From: Gemmatimonadota bacterium
GTDB lineage: Bacteria > Gemmatimonadota > Gemmatimonadetes > Gemmatimonadales > GWC2-71-9
NCBI GenBank assembly: GCA_031394255.1
Contig: JANMXA010000173.1
Span: 4,763-68,762, forward strand
Direction of reading: 5' to 3'
Length of the DNA stretch: 64,000 nt
The notes beneath the pieces are model-generated. The model did no database searches. It was not told where the DNA came from and saw nothing but the letters and a program-made list of their open reading frames with translations. This document shows, piece after piece, positions 1 through 9,853 of the stretch. The position numbers were made by a program, and so were the translations under genes. Each line of letters opens with the position of its first letter. Within the stretch, counting starts at the first letter, position 1.

Positions 1-177
1 GCCGTTCAGCTTGCGGCCGACGCCGCGGTGAGGCGGCTGGTGCTGTTTCACCACGACCCCGACCACGACGACAACGCGATCGAACGCCTTGGCGCCGAGG
101 CAAAAGCAGCCGCCGTGCGGCTCGGTGTCGCGCTCGACGTCACCATTGCCGTAGAAAATGACGTTATCCGATGTTAG
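1..177 (+). CDS. MBL-fold metallo-hydrolase, C-terminal fragment (5' end lies upstream of window)
   Basis: Frame 1 is open from the window edge to TAG at 175-177. It translates to ...RRLVLFHHDPDHDDNAIERLGAEAKAAAVRLG..., resembling the conserved C-terminal His/Asp segment of MBL-fold hydrolases. Absent from the ORF track because no start codon lies in the window. Confidence 0.45.
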   Translation, partial: AVQLAADAAVRRLVLFHHDPDHDDNAIERLGAEAKAAAVRLGVALDVTIAVENDVIRC

Positions 178-187
178 CGAGGTTGGC

Positions 188-865
188 ATGACCCCACGTT
201 GGCTGGCATTTGCGCTCGCAGTGTTCCTCGGGTCTCCGGCCCGGGCCGCCAGCCAGGCGGCCGTCACGATCGCCGTACTCCCCCTCGAGAACGGCGGCAG
301 CTATGGCAAGGACAAGGAAGAGTTCGACGGCCTGAGGCGCGGAATCGCCGGCCTCCTCGGGAGTGAACTGACGCGGGGTCCGGTTGCGGTTGTGCCGAGG
401 GAGCGGACGCAACGCCTGGTCGATGATCAGGGAACGGCGATCGCCGAGCGGATCGACGCCCAAACTGCCAACCGAATCGGGAAGACGGTTGGCGCCCGGT
501 TCGTGATCGTCGGCACCTTCATTGACCTCTACGGCGATTTCCGCCTCGACGCCCGCATCGTCGACACCACCACTGGGGAAATTCTCCGGGTGGTCAAGAG
601 CGACCCCCGGTTGGCGGACCGAAAGCAGCTATTCCGCATCGTGCAGTCGGTCGCCCAGCGAATTATCGAAGGAATCAACGCCGGGACCTCGGCGGCCGGT
701 ACCCGTGACATCTCAACCGAAGCGGTCGTCTGGTATGGGAAGGCCCTGCTCTACCTCGACCGTGGCGATAAGAAGCGGGCGCTCGACGGCTTCAACCAGG
801 CATTGAAGGCGTCTCCGGGATTCGCCGAAGCCATCGAGGGGGTCAAACGGGCGGGGGCGGCGTAG
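188..865 (+). CDS. secreted hypothetical protein (LpoB/FlgO-like N-terminal fold, TPR-like C-terminus)
   Basis: ORF 158-865. The internal Met at 188 gives a signal peptide MTPRWLAFALAVFLGSPARAAS. 'IAVLPLEN...' and 'FVIVGTF...DFRLDARIVDTTTGEIL' are typical of periplasmic LpoB/FlgO/CsgG-like lipoprotein folds. The C-terminus (YGKALLYLDRGDKKRALDGFNQALKASP) is TPR-like. Confidence 0.6.
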   Translation: MTPRWLAFALAVFLGSPARAASQAAVTIAVLPLENGGSYGKDKEEFDGLRRGIAGLLGSELTRGPVAVVPRERTQRLVDDQGTAIAERIDAQTANRIGKTVGARFVIVGTFIDLYGDFRLDARIVDTTTGEILRVVKSDPRLADRKQLFRIVQSVAQRIIEGINAGTSAAGTRDISTEAVVWYGKALLYLDRGDKKRALDGFNQALKASPGFAEAIEGVKRAGAA

Positions 866-2105
866 GCTTGCGGCGGAGGGCGGCGAGTCCTGCGGCACTC
901 GCAAGGTGGACCGGCAGGAGCAGCACAATCATATCGAGATTCGCCTGCGATCCCGGCAAGACCTTGGCGCCGAGACCAACCAACCCGATCGCGCCAACCG
1001 CCGCAGCCAGCCTCCACGCCCGCTCCAGGCCGGCCCGCCCGGTATGATGGGTCCGGGCCGCGACCACCGCGAGCGCCAGTGAAAGCACGTTGAGCTGGAG
1101 CAGATTCTCGTTCCAGTAGCTGACCCGGTGCGCGGTGAACGCCCAGAGCCCGAGCAACACCGCACCAGCCAGTCCGGCCACCAGCGACCAGAACACAACC
1201 ACCGCCATGAAGAGGCGCTGCCACTCGCCGGCTGACCGAGCCAGGACACCCAGGCCGAAAACGACGACCCCCGCGATCAGTCCCACGGCCAGATACCCCA
1301 TCACCCAGTTACTTGGGACGGCAGCCACGGCAAAGCGCGACGATGCGACCAGATGGCGTTCCGCCTTGACGAGCGGGTGTTCGCGCCCGTCCGGATCCCT
1401 GATCCTGAGCTGATTGAGATATGGCCTGAGGGAGATCGGCAGGAACATCTCCTGCCAAGCCGTCAGCGGCCGGTCGACCGGCCGGCCCAGACCGAGCATG
1501 AGAGCCGTCCTCGACACTGCATCATTTTCAGTCGTTCGCCTGGTATGATCTCGGTAACTCCAAGGGGTCTGGACGCCCTCGGCCCAGGTCTTCAGCTGCC
1601 CGCCAACCGCCCGGTCGATGGCGTCACGGAGCCGAGTCGAGCAATTGTCGAGATAGTAGTTGTAGGGGTAGTACTTGTTCTGCTCCTGGATGTTCCAAAG
1701 GAGGAAGTCTTTCAATTCCCGTCGCGCGGCTTGTGGGAGATCAAGCTCTTGAGACCAGATGGACCGGCCGGCCTCCTGGTAGGCTGCCAGATAGGCCCGA
1801 ACATCCCCGTCCCCCATCGAATACAGGGGCTCGCCATGGGCAAATCGCCCGAAAAACGCCAATCGTTGGGCGAGGGTCCTACCGAAGGAGAATCGCCCGT
1901 AGTCATAGGCCCAATCAGTCCCAGCAACACTGTCACGAATCCACAGCGCATTGTGACCAAACCGCTCCCACAAGGCCTCACCAGGATCAAATGTAAGGAG
2001 ATAGACCGTGATGCCAGAGGAGTCGGCCTGACTCTGCGTTGGCCGGTTCGATGACGGCTGCCCTGACAAAGCCGCCAGAATGAGCGCTGCGGAAAACCAG
2101 GTCAC
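843..2105 (-). CDS. DUF4105 domain-containing membrane protein
   Basis: 420-aa ORF with a GTG start overlapping the upstream stop (GTGA). N-terminal 'YLLTFDPGEALWERFGHNALWIRD...YDYG' matches the DUF4105 signature. C-terminal half has multiple hydrophobic helices. Confidence 0.8.
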   Translation of the reverse strand: MTWFSAALILAALSGQPSSNRPTQSQADSSGITVYLLTFDPGEALWERFGHNALWIRDSVAGTDWAYDYGRFSFGRTLAQRLAFFGRFAHGEPLYSMGDGDVRAYLAAYQEAGRSIWSQELDLPQAARRELKDFLLWNIQEQNKYYPYNYYLDNCSTRLRDAIDRAVGGQLKTWAEGVQTPWSYRDHTRRTTENDAVSRTALMLGLGRPVDRPLTAWQEMFLPISLRPYLNQLRIRDPDGREHPLVKAERHLVASSRFAVAAVPSNWVMGYLAVGLIAGVVVFGLGVLARSAGEWQRLFMAVVVFWSLVAGLAGAVLLGLWAFTAHRVSYWNENLLQLNVLSLALAVVAARTHHTGRAGLERAWRLAAAVGAIGLVGLGAKVLPGSQANLDMIVLLLPVHLASAAGLAALRRKPTPPPPV

Positions 2106-3184
2106 AACAGTATGTCGCGTCCATCCGCGTCGGACTTGTAGATCGCCTCGAGCACCTGCAGAACCTGGACCTGTTCCTCAAGCGACGGGGCCACAACACG
2201 GCCAGCCAACGCCGCAAGGAAGTGCGCCCATTGGGCCCGGAATGAAGCCGCAAACGCGTTCTCCCGACTGAACGAACCGGTCGGGGAAACATCGTGGGGC
2301 ATCCCGTGGATTTCCTTCCACACATGCAGCGGGTTGATTCCAGCCGATCCCTTGGAGCCCCGGATCCCCGCCCCGAACCGCTCCCCTTCACCGATGTGGC
2401 GCCAGGTGACATCGACGAAGATCGCCGCGGCGTTCTCGCACACGACGAAGGCACTGCCCGATTGTTCGACAGCTCGCTCACCGCTCGGGCGACTGAGGGA
2501 GGCGCTCACGCGGGCCGGCGCCGGGTTGCCGGCCAGGAACAGCGCCAGATCGATCATCGTGATCCCGAGGTCGAGCATCGCGCCACCGCCCGACTCGGAC
2601 CGCTTCTCCCGCCAGCCCAGCGGTGCCCGCGCCGGCCGGGCCAGATGCCAGCTCGCCCGGACGCTGGTGATCTCCCCCAACTCCCCGGCCTGGACGAAAC
2701 TCCGCACGGCCTGCACGTCGGGCCGGTACCGATGGGTCATCCCGACCATGACCACCCGGCCCCGTTTGTCCGCCGCCTTGATAATGCGCTGGGCGGCCGC
2801 CGAGGTCAGGGCCATTGGCTTCTCGATCAGTACGTGAAGGTTGGCCGACAGCGCGGCCTGAATGTGGGACTCGTGCAGGTGATTGGGTGTCGCAACCAGA
2901 ACAGCATCGAGCTGCTCATGATGGAGCAGGTCCTCGAAGTCGTCGTACACGTTCGGAATGGCCGAACGTTCCGCGAGAGCCCGGGCCTTGACCAGATCGG
3001 TATCGCAGAGCGCCACGAGTTCCACTGCCTTGGTCTTTCGCAGCAATGGCAGGTGGGCGACTTGCACGATCGCCCCAGTACCGATGATACCGAGCCGGAC
3101 GGGCGCCTGCGCCCCTTCCGGTTCGAGATTGCGGGGAGCCAGATTCGGCCTCCCGTGAGGACCCGACCGCCGAGAACCCGTCAT
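2102..3184 (-). CDS. Gfo/Idh/MocA family oxidoreductase
   Basis: Rossmann N-terminus 'VRLGIIGTGAIV' and 'EKPMALT' motif. The internal ATG at 3184 is chosen because the 5' extension of the 544-aa ORF (3185-3736) is Arg/Gly-rich and overlaps the SpoIID gene. Confidence 0.85.
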   Translation of the reverse strand: MTGSRRSGPHGRPNLAPRNLEPEGAQAPVRLGIIGTGAIVQVAHLPLLRKTKAVELVALCDTDLVKARALAERSAIPNVYDDFEDLLHHEQLDAVLVATPNHLHESHIQAALSANLHVLIEKPMALTSAAAQRIIKAADKRGRVVMVGMTHRYRPDVQAVRSFVQAGELGEITSVRASWHLARPARAPLGWREKRSESGGGAMLDLGITMIDLALFLAGNPAPARVSASLSRPSGERAVEQSGSAFVVCENAAAIFVDVTWRHIGEGERFGAGIRGSKGSAGINPLHVWKEIHGMPHDVSPTGSFSRENAFAASFRAQWAHFLAALAGRVVAPSLEEQVQVLQVLEAIYKSDADGRDILL

Positions 3185-3192
3185 TGTCCACC

Positions 3193-4500
3193 TCAGTAGA
3201 TCCGACGCAACTCCGTACCCGGAAAATAAGCGGCCAGGATCGCCCGATAACTCGCACCGGCTCTGGCCCGGCCGACCGCGCCCCATTGGCACATGCCGAC
3301 GGCGTGACCATTGCCGCCGCCATCCGCCACCATCCGGACGATCCGGCCCCCGCCGCGCGACACCTGGAGCGAGAACTGGGTGCTGCGGAGCCAGCCACCG
3401 TCGGCACCGCGGAGCAGCTGCCGAATGGTCTGCTGCCCTTGAACCGGAACGACCCGCCCCCCCATGACCGTGACAAGCTCGGTGACACGGCCCGATGGGG
3501 ACCGGCCGCCGATCTGCACGTCCGATGGTTCCACGTCCCCGAGCCCGGCGGCTGTGGCGTGCTCCTTGATGAGCCGGCTGGCCGCCTCCCCCGTCCACTC
3601 CTCTCGCCAACGGAACCGGGGCGAGATCGAACAATAGGCCTGGCCCGACGCGGGATCGCGATCCGCCACGGACGTCAGATAGGGTTGCGCCGCGCCGGAA
3701 AAGACCGCTTCGACCGCTTCGGTTCGGCCGCCGCACGTCGATGAAAAAAACGCCTCGATCACGCTGCCGCCGAACGTCAGGACCGAGCCATGGGTGGCGC
3801 GCACCGCAGCCCAGCCCATGGCGGTTTCGCTCGACACGCCGCCGTACGCCTGGTCCGAGACCGTGCTGACCAGGTCATACCCCCGAATCCGGTACCGACC
3901 CAGCGCCCGCACCGCCACCGTCCGCGACACGATAGCCTGGGCGAACACCGCCTCGGTGTCGCTGGCTGGACGGCGCCCCATTTCGGCGTTGACCACCCCG
4001 GCAACATAGGCCTCAAGCGACAACAGATTGACCGCAAGCAGGCCGTTGGGGGTCGGTGTGATCACCAACTCACCCCGAAAGTCGCGGCCACCCACCCGAA
4101 CGAACCCCACCGAATCGAGCGGCCGGACCACCAGCGACGTTGCCGACGTCGTGCTCACGCCGCCGGTCCGAAGCCGGACGATGGCCCCGTTGCCGGAGGC
4201 CGTGGCCGTCGCGCCTGCCTGCACTTCAAACATCCCGCCGCCGTCGGCGCCGGTGACCACCAGGCCCCCGCCACCGCCGATCACCAGATCGTTCTGGGGC
4301 ACGCCGAGCCCCACCCGAACCTGCGGTTCGGCGGTCTCGGTGTCCGGAATGGTGCCGACTTCAATGCGTGGGCAGCCGACCAGTCCGGCCGCCACCATGG
4401 CGGCACCGAGGAGCCAAAGGCTAGCCGCGGTAGTTGCCAAACTTGAGCTGGATGCCGAAGTCCTGCGCCCGGATGAAGGCCATGACCGCCTGCAACTCAT
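3193..4500 (-). CDS. SpoIID/LytB domain protein (lipoprotein)
   Basis: C-terminal 'GHAVGMCQWGAVGRARAGASYRAILAAYFPGTEL' is the SpoIID/LytB signature; lipobox 'AAGLVGC'. Start uncertain: ATG at 4500 overlaps yajQ by 80 nt, and TTG at 4440 is the alternative. Confidence 0.8.
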   Translation of the reverse strand: MSCRRSWPSSGRRTSASSSSLATTAASLWLLGAAMVAAGLVGCPRIEVGTIPDTETAEPQVRVGLGVPQNDLVIGGGGGLVVTGADGGGMFEVQAGATATASGNGAIVRLRTGGVSTTSATSLVVRPLDSVGFVRVGGRDFRGELVITPTPNGLLAVNLLSLEAYVAGVVNAEMGRRPASDTEAVFAQAIVSRTVAVRALGRYRIRGYDLVSTVSDQAYGGVSSETAMGWAAVRATHGSVLTFGGSVIEAFFSSTCGGRTEAVEAVFSGAAQPYLTSVADRDPASGQAYCSISPRFRWREEWTGEAASRLIKEHATAAGLGDVEPSDVQIGGRSPSGRVTELVTVMGGRVVPVQGQQTIRQLLRGADGGWLRSTQFSLQVSRGGGRIVRMVADGGGNGHAVGMCQWGAVGRARAGASYRAILAAYFPGTELRRIY

Positions 4501-4924
4501 CCTTGGAGGGACTGATGACGCGGACTTCTTCCCCCTGAATCTGGGTCTGCACCTTCTTGAACCCCTGATCGCGAATGGCCTTGCCGATTTTCTTGGCGGT
4601 TTCCTGGTCGATGCCCTGTTTGAGATTGATCAGACACCTGACCGCCGTTCCCGTCCCCGGCTCGTATTCCCCTTTGTCGAGATTGGTCGTCGGCACCTGG
4701 CGTTTGGCACACTTCGTCTCGAGCACGTCGATCAGCTGATTCATCCGGAATTCGTCGTCAGCGAACAGGCGGATCGTCGCCTTTTCCCGGTCGAATTCGA
4801 TGGTGCAGGACGTTCCCCGAAAATCGTAACGCTGCCCGATTTCCTTGACCGTCTGATTGACGGCGTTGTCCACTTCCTGGAGATCGGCGCCGGTCGAGAT
4901 GTCGAATGAACTGGTCGAAGCCAT
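4421..4924 (-). CDS. yajQ: YajQ family cyclic-di-GMP-binding protein (UPF0234)
   Basis: 167 aa. 'SFDISTGADLQEVDNAVNQTVKEIGQRYDFRG' and 'VRVISPSKDELQAVMAFIR' are full-length YajQ family hallmarks. Confidence 0.9.
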   Translation of the reverse strand: MASTSSFDISTGADLQEVDNAVNQTVKEIGQRYDFRGTSCTIEFDREKATIRLFADDEFRMNQLIDVLETKCAKRQVPTTNLDKGEYEPGTGTAVRCLINLKQGIDQETAKKIGKAIRDQGFKKVQTQIQGEEVRVISPSKDELQAVMAFIRAQDFGIQLKFGNYRG

Positions 4925-4931
4925 AAGGGAC

Positions 4932-5801
4932 TCAGGAGAGAAAGCTTTCGAGGGCCTTGGCGCGGCTGACGTGACGGAGGCGGCTCAGCGCCTTCTCCTT
5001 GATCTGCCGCACCCGTTCGCGGGTGATACCGAGTTGGGCGCCGATTTCCTCGAGGGTCATCGGCTCGGGGCTGTCGAGCCCGAAGTAGAGGCGCAGAATC
5101 TTCGCCTCGCGCTCCCGGAGACTGGCCAGCACTTCTTCGATGGACTGGGTCAGCGCCCGCTCGAACGTGGCGGCGTCGGGACCGGGGTTCTGCGTATCCG
5201 CCAGGTAATCGAGCAGGCGATTGTCCTCACCCGGAGCCATCGGGGCGTCCAGCGACACGTGGTTCTGGGAGATCGCCAGGGTCTTCTCGACCTCTTCGAC
5301 GTCGATATCCATCCCCTCGGCCACTTCGGCCGCGGTCGGATCGCGTCCCAGCTCCTGCTGCAGCGCCGCACTCCGCCGAGTGATTCGGTGGAGCGTTCCC
5401 GCCCGGTTGAGCGGCACTCGGACGATTCGACTCTGTTCGGCAAGGGCCTGCAAGATGGCCTGTCGGATCCACCAGACCGCGTAGGAGATGAACTTGATCC
5501 CCTTGGTCTCGTCGAATTTGTGGGCGGCCCGGATCAACCCGAGGTTGCCCTCGTTGATCAGGTCCGAAAGCGACACGCCCTGATTCTGGTACTTCTTGGC
5601 CACCGACACCACAAACCGGAGATTGCTGCGGACCATCTTGTCGAGCGCCTCTTCGTCGTCCTGACGGATCAACTGGGCAAGCCGGACCTCTTCCTCCTGC
5701 GGGATCAGCGGGTAGCGGCTGATCTCGCGAAGGTAGACGTCAAGTGAGCCGTCGTCGGAGCCTGATCCTCCCCTGCCTGGACCGACCCGAATTGGACGCA
5801 T
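4932..5801 (-). CDS. RpoD/SigA-family sigma-70 factor (short form, no region 1.1)
   Basis: Region 2 'LRFVVSVAKKYQNQGVSLSDLINEGNLGLIRAAHKFDETKGIKFISYAVWWIRQAI' and region 4 'MTLEEIGAQLGITRERVRQIKEKAL'. Confidence 0.85.
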   Translation of the reverse strand: MRPIRVGPGRGGSGSDDGSLDVYLREISRYPLIPQEEEVRLAQLIRQDDEEALDKMVRSNLRFVVSVAKKYQNQGVSLSDLINEGNLGLIRAAHKFDETKGIKFISYAVWWIRQAILQALAEQSRIVRVPLNRAGTLHRITRRSAALQQELGRDPTAAEVAEGMDIDVEEVEKTLAISQNHVSLDAPMAPGEDNRLLDYLADTQNPGPDAATFERALTQSIEEVLASLREREAKILRLYFGLDSPEPMTLEEIGAQLGITRERVRQIKEKALSRLRHVSRAKALESFLS

Positions 5802-5876
5802 GCCGATGGGGACCTCGATACCGTCAGGTCAGAACTGAGTGCAACCTACCGTGCGCCGACCAACGGGCGCAACCGT

Positions 5877-7367
5877 TCAGTCATAGTTGTCGATCTGGGC
5901 GCGCTGCAGTGTGCCGGAATAATCCACGTAACAGACCTTCGTCTCCGAGAAGAACTGGTATCCCTCCCAGCCGACTTCCCGGTGGCCATTGCCGGTCTGC
6001 TTGATCCCGCCGAACGGCAGATGGGCTTCGGCGCCAATAGTCGGCGCGTTGACGTAGGTAATCCCGTTGTCGAGTTCTTCCATGGCGCGGAAGGCCAGAT
6101 TTACATCGGCTGTGTAGACCGAACTGGACAGCCCGTACTTGACGTCGTTGTTGATCCGGACGGCCTGATCGAACGTGGAGAACCGCATCACACTCAGGAC
6201 CGGCCCGAAGACTTCCTCCTGGGCCACCCGATGTTGCGGGAGGACCCCGGCCAGAATCGTGGGCCGGTAGAACCAGCCATCCCTGAGGCGGCTCCCACCC
6301 GGCCGGCGTCCGCCAAGGACAACTTCGGCGCCCTGTTCCCGGGCCAGTTCCACATACGCCTCGGTCTTGTCGCGGGCCGCCTCGTGGATCAGCGGACCAA
6401 CCTGAGTCTTCGCCGCGCGCCCATCGCCCAGGACCAATCGCTCGGCCGCCTCCGCCAGGCGGCGAACAAACCGATCGTGAATCCGCCGATGGAGCAGGAG
6501 CCGGCTGGTCGCCGTGCACCGTTGCCCCGTCGTGCCGAACGCGCCCCACAGAACGCCGTCCAGGGCGAGGTCGAGGTCGGCGTCATCCATCACGATCATC
6601 GCGTTCTTGCCGCCCATCTCGAGCGACAGCCGCTTGTGCAACCGGCCGCCGGTCTCGCCGACGATCCCCCCGGTGGCCGTGGACCCGGTGAACGAAATGA
6701 CCGGTACATCGGGATGCTCGACCAATGCCCGTCCCACCACCTCACCACGGCCGTGGACCAGCTGGATGGCCTCGGGCGGCAGGCCGGCCTCGAGCAGCAT
6801 ATCGACCAGCAAGGTGGCGGTGTGAGGAACGTCCTCGGAGGGTTTGAGGACCACACTGTTCCCGCACAGGAGCGCCGGGAACATTTTCCAGGTCGGGATG
6901 GCCAGTGGGAAGTTGAACGGCGTCACCAGGCCAACCACGCCGATCGGCCGTCGGTAACTCATCGCCCATTTTTTTCGCAGCTCCGACGGAGCCACGTAGC
7001 CGAAGAGCCGCCGGCCTTCGGACGCCGCATAGTACGCGGTGTCGATCGCTTCCTGCACATCGCCCCGGGTCTCGGCCAGCACCTTGCCCATCTCGCGGGT
7101 CATCGCGTCCGCCAGGGCTTCCTTCCGGTCAACCAGCAGATCCCCGATTCGCCGGATGATGTCCCCCCTGGCCGGCGCCGGAACCCGGGACCAGTGGTCG
7201 AATCCCCGCTTGGCCGAGGCGACGGCCCGGGCAACGTCGTCCGGGCCGGAGTCGGGAAACCGGCCGATCAGGTCGCGCGTGTTGGCGGGGTTCCGGTTCT
7301 CGAAGTAGTCACCGGTCGAAGGAGCAACCCACTGCCCCGCAATGAAATTCTTGAATGCCCGGGCCAT
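5877..7367 (-). CDS. NAD(P)-dependent aldehyde dehydrogenase family protein
   Basis: 'FTGSTATG', 'LEMGGKN' and the catalytic-Cys context 'GQRCTATSRL'. Start taken at 'MARAFKNFIAGQWV' (ATG ending at 7367). Confidence 0.9.
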   Translation of the reverse strand: MARAFKNFIAGQWVAPSTGDYFENRNPANTRDLIGRFPDSGPDDVARAVASAKRGFDHWSRVPAPARGDIIRRIGDLLVDRKEALADAMTREMGKVLAETRGDVQEAIDTAYYAASEGRRLFGYVAPSELRKKWAMSYRRPIGVVGLVTPFNFPLAIPTWKMFPALLCGNSVVLKPSEDVPHTATLLVDMLLEAGLPPEAIQLVHGRGEVVGRALVEHPDVPVISFTGSTATGGIVGETGGRLHKRLSLEMGGKNAMIVMDDADLDLALDGVLWGAFGTTGQRCTATSRLLLHRRIHDRFVRRLAEAAERLVLGDGRAAKTQVGPLIHEAARDKTEAYVELAREQGAEVVLGGRRPGGSRLRDGWFYRPTILAGVLPQHRVAQEEVFGPVLSVMRFSTFDQAVRINNDVKYGLSSSVYTADVNLAFRAMEELDNGITYVNAPTIGAEAHLPFGGIKQTGNGHREVGWEGYQFFSETKVCYVDYSGTLQRAQIDNYD

Positions 7368-7392
7368 TGATTCTGGACCAATCCGGTTCAGG

Positions 7393-7857
7393 CTAGGGGC
7401 ACATCCAAACGGCGGCGCGCTTGGCATACCCGATGCGAGGAAGAACGGAGTCCGCCGCGAGGATCCCGCCCCAGAGAAAGACCGCCAGCGCGAGCGAGTG
7501 AGCGAGCCCCATCCGGCGGCGCCAACTCGACGCCATACCCCACAGACCGCTCACCATCACCACACCAACTGCGCCGAGATACAGGAACAACCACGGGCCG
7601 CAGGCATGAAAGTAGGGCCACTGCGTCATCGCGGCCGCGACCGCCACCCCGAGGCCGACCCGAATCCAGGTCGACAGGGCACCGCCCCGCGTCACCGGGA
7701 CCGCCGGCGCCGCATTCCTGGCAGCCGGCGCCTTCCCGGCCGGAGCCGGCGCGACCGCCTTGGGGCCCGCGGACAACTGCGCCGGAGGCGTCTGGGCCAT
7801 GATCTTGTCGATCTCGGCCATTTCCTTGTCCCAGTCGCGGGGCTGATTCGACGTCAC
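7393..7857 (-). CDS. hypothetical membrane protein (about 3 TM helices)
   Basis: 154-aa ORF whose ATG overlaps the stop of the upstream NtrC-type gene (ATGA). Pro/Ala-rich linker followed by hydrophobic helices. No family recognised. Confidence 0.55.
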   Translation of the reverse strand: MTSNQPRDWDKEMAEIDKIMAQTPPAQLSAGPKAVAPAPAGKAPAARNAAPAVPVTRGGALSTWIRVGLGVAVAAAMTQWPYFHACGPWLFLYLGAVGVVMVSGLWGMASSWRRRMGLAHSLALAVFLWGGILAADSVLPRIGYAKRAAVWMCP

Positions 7858-9215
7858 TTGGACTCCCGAGTCAGTTGATACTTCTCGATCTTCTTGTACA
7901 GGTTGGACCGCGGCATCGCCAGCGCCCGCGCCGTTTCCGATACGTTCCAGTCGTGGTCGCGCAGTCCCTGAAGAATGAAGGCCCGTTCCGCGTCCAGTTT
8001 GAAGGTCTCGAATGTCCCGCCGGCGTCCACCGGCCCCGGGTCCGTGGTGGGCGACGCCGGCAGCAGCCGGTCGACGTCCCCGCCGGCGACCGAACGACCG
8101 GGCGACAGAATCAGAAGGCGCTCCACGGCATTCCGCAGTTCACGGACGTTCCCGGGCCAGTGGCGGCCTTCCAGCCGGCGAATCGCGTCGGCGGAGAAGG
8201 TCTTCGTCACCATCCCGGCACGACCGCCAAGCTGGTCCACGAAATGGGCCACCAGCTCCGGAATGTCTTCCCGCCGATCCCGGAGCGGCGGGACATGGAT
8301 CGGGACCACGTTCAGACGGTAGAACAGATCCTCGCGGAACCGCCCTTCGGTGATCTCGCCCTCGAGCCGTTTGTTGGTCGCCGCCAGCACCCGGACGTCG
8401 ACCTCCTGCGACCGTGGCGACCCGATCCGGGTCACGACCCCTTCCTGCAGCACCCGAAGCACCTTGGCCTGGGCCGACAACGACATGTCACCGATCTCGT
8501 CGAGAAACAGCGTTCCGCCGTCGGCCAGTTCGAACTTGCCCGCCCGGTCGCTCACTGCGCCGGTAAAGCTGCCCTTCATATGGCCGAACAGTTCGGATTC
8601 GATCAGCTCAGTCGGGATCGCGGCGCAGTTCACTTCCACGAAAGGGCGATCGCGGCGCGGGGACGCCTCATGCACCGCGCGGGCCACCAGTTCCTTGCCG
8701 GTCCCATTCTCGCCGGTCACCAGTACCCGGGCGCCCGTCGGGGCGACCCGCGCGATGATCTCGCGGACCTCGCGAAGCCCGGCGCTCGATCCAATCATCG
8801 GGTACTTGGTGTCGATCGCACTCTTGAGCCGTTCGTTCTCGCCGGCGAGTGACCCGTGTGCGAGAGCATTCCGCAACGTGACCAGCAGGCGATCCGCGTC
8901 GAGCGGCTTCTCGAGAAAGTCAAAGGCGCCCCGCTGGGTCGCCTGCACCGCCGTGGCGATTGTGCCGTGACCGGAGATCATGACGACGATGGCATCAGGA
9001 TCGACCATCTTGAGGCGAGAGAGCACCTCGAGCCCGTCGAGGCCGGCCATCTTGACGTCGAGCAGGACGACATGCGGATGGAATTCCTCGAACAACGTCA
9101 GGCCTTCACCACCCGATCCCGCCAGCCGGATCGCCAGGCCTTCGTATTCGAGTACCTGCCGGAGGGCATCCCGCACCGCCGGCTCGTCGTCGACCACCAG
9201 CACACGTGGCTTCAT
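7854..9215 (-). CDS. sigma-54-dependent Fis-family response regulator (NtrC type)
   Basis: Receiver domain 'MKPRVLVVDDEP...VLLDVKM', AAA+ 'GENGTGKE' and 'ESELFGH.KGSFTGA', and a C-terminal Fis HTH. Start at the internal Met (9215); the upstream part of the 535-aa ORF is Arg/Gly-rich. Confidence 0.9.
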   Translation of the reverse strand: MKPRVLVVDDEPAVRDALRQVLEYEGLAIRLAGSGGEGLTLFEEFHPHVVLLDVKMAGLDGLEVLSRLKMVDPDAIVVMISGHGTIATAVQATQRGAFDFLEKPLDADRLLVTLRNALAHGSLAGENERLKSAIDTKYPMIGSSAGLREVREIIARVAPTGARVLVTGENGTGKELVARAVHEASPRRDRPFVEVNCAAIPTELIESELFGHMKGSFTGAVSDRAGKFELADGGTLFLDEIGDMSLSAQAKVLRVLQEGVVTRIGSPRSQEVDVRVLAATNKRLEGEITEGRFREDLFYRLNVVPIHVPPLRDRREDIPELVAHFVDQLGGRAGMVTKTFSADAIRRLEGRHWPGNVRELRNAVERLLILSPGRSVAGGDVDRLLPASPTTDPGPVDAGGTFETFKLDAERAFILQGLRDHDWNVSETARALAMPRSNLYKKIEKYQLTRESK

Positions 9216-9853
9216 CGTTCCGCCCCGCCGTACAACACCGCGCCATCGGGCGTGACCCGAACACCCGTGATCCACCGGTCGACCGGGAACGTCAGTGAGG
9301 CTGTCGCCCCGGGAATCACCAACCCCAGCAACCGTTCCCACAGCACCTTGGGGACAGGAAGCCCGCGAACTGCCACACGCTCGATCCTCCATTGGCCGGT
9401 CCCCAGCCGAACCAGACCGACCGGGCCACCGACCACGATGGTCTGGCGGCCGCTGAGCCACTCCGCGAGCGGACCCAGGTTGCGGCCTTCCAGCCGACTG
9501 GCATCCACCTGGGCGCGTACCGCCACCTCCCCGTCCCCGAGCTCGACGATGACACTGTCCGCGACACCCCGGGCCCGTCGCTCAACCTCGGCCACCACCA
9601 GGGCGCCGATCTCCCCTGCGGTCAGCATGACCGAGTCGGCCTGGTGGCGGGACAGCGAATCGAGCCGGGACGCGGCCCGCAAACGAAGCTCACCCGGTTC
9701 GAGGCGCCGATCAGGCGCGGGCGCCGGCTCGGCGGTTCGCTCGTGGACCCAGCGTCGCACGTCGGCCCGGCTGGTCCACCCGACGTACAGAACGCCCGCC
9801 AGGAGGGCCATCCCGAAGAGCCGGGCCGGGAGGGACAGACAGCTCAGAATCAT
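9212..9853 (-). CDS. hypothetical membrane-anchored protein
   Basis: 213-aa ORF with an N-terminal TM helix (LFGMALLAGVLYVGW). Stop overlaps the NtrC start and its own start overlaps the thpR stop. No family recognised. Confidence 0.55.
   Translation of the reverse strand: MILSCLSLPARLFGMALLAGVLYVGWTSRADVRRWVHERTAEPAPAPDRRLEPGELRLRAASRLDSLSRHQADSVMLTAGEIGALVVAEVERRARGVADSVIVELGDGEVAVRAQVDASRLEGRNLGPLAEWLSGRQTIVVGGPVGLVRLGTGQWRIERVAVRGLPVPKVLWERLLGLVIPGATASLTFPVDRWITGVRVTPDGAVLYGGAER

Noticed and set aside
3185-3736. N-terminal 184-codon extension of the Gfo/Idh/MocA ORF (544 aa as listed)
   Set aside because: The extension overlaps the SpoIID gene in another frame and is Arg/Gly-rich. The Rossmann fold begins right after the internal Met at 3184. 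The same logic was applied to the listed extensions of the NtrC (to 9461), SRPBCC (to 13616), TetR (from 34842), ADH (from 21482), acylase (to 30967), cupredoxin (to 55908) and ActD/E/F ORFs.
5982-7370. 462-aa plus-strand ORF, and similar long ORFs at 36087-37148 (minus), 47086-48522 (plus), 49934-50830 (minus), 50989-52011 (minus) and 58172-59074 (plus)
   Set aside because: All are antisense to genes with strong family signatures (ALDH, TolC, M6 protease, Spt, GNAT, ActF). All have Arg/Pro/Gly-biased, motif-free translations.
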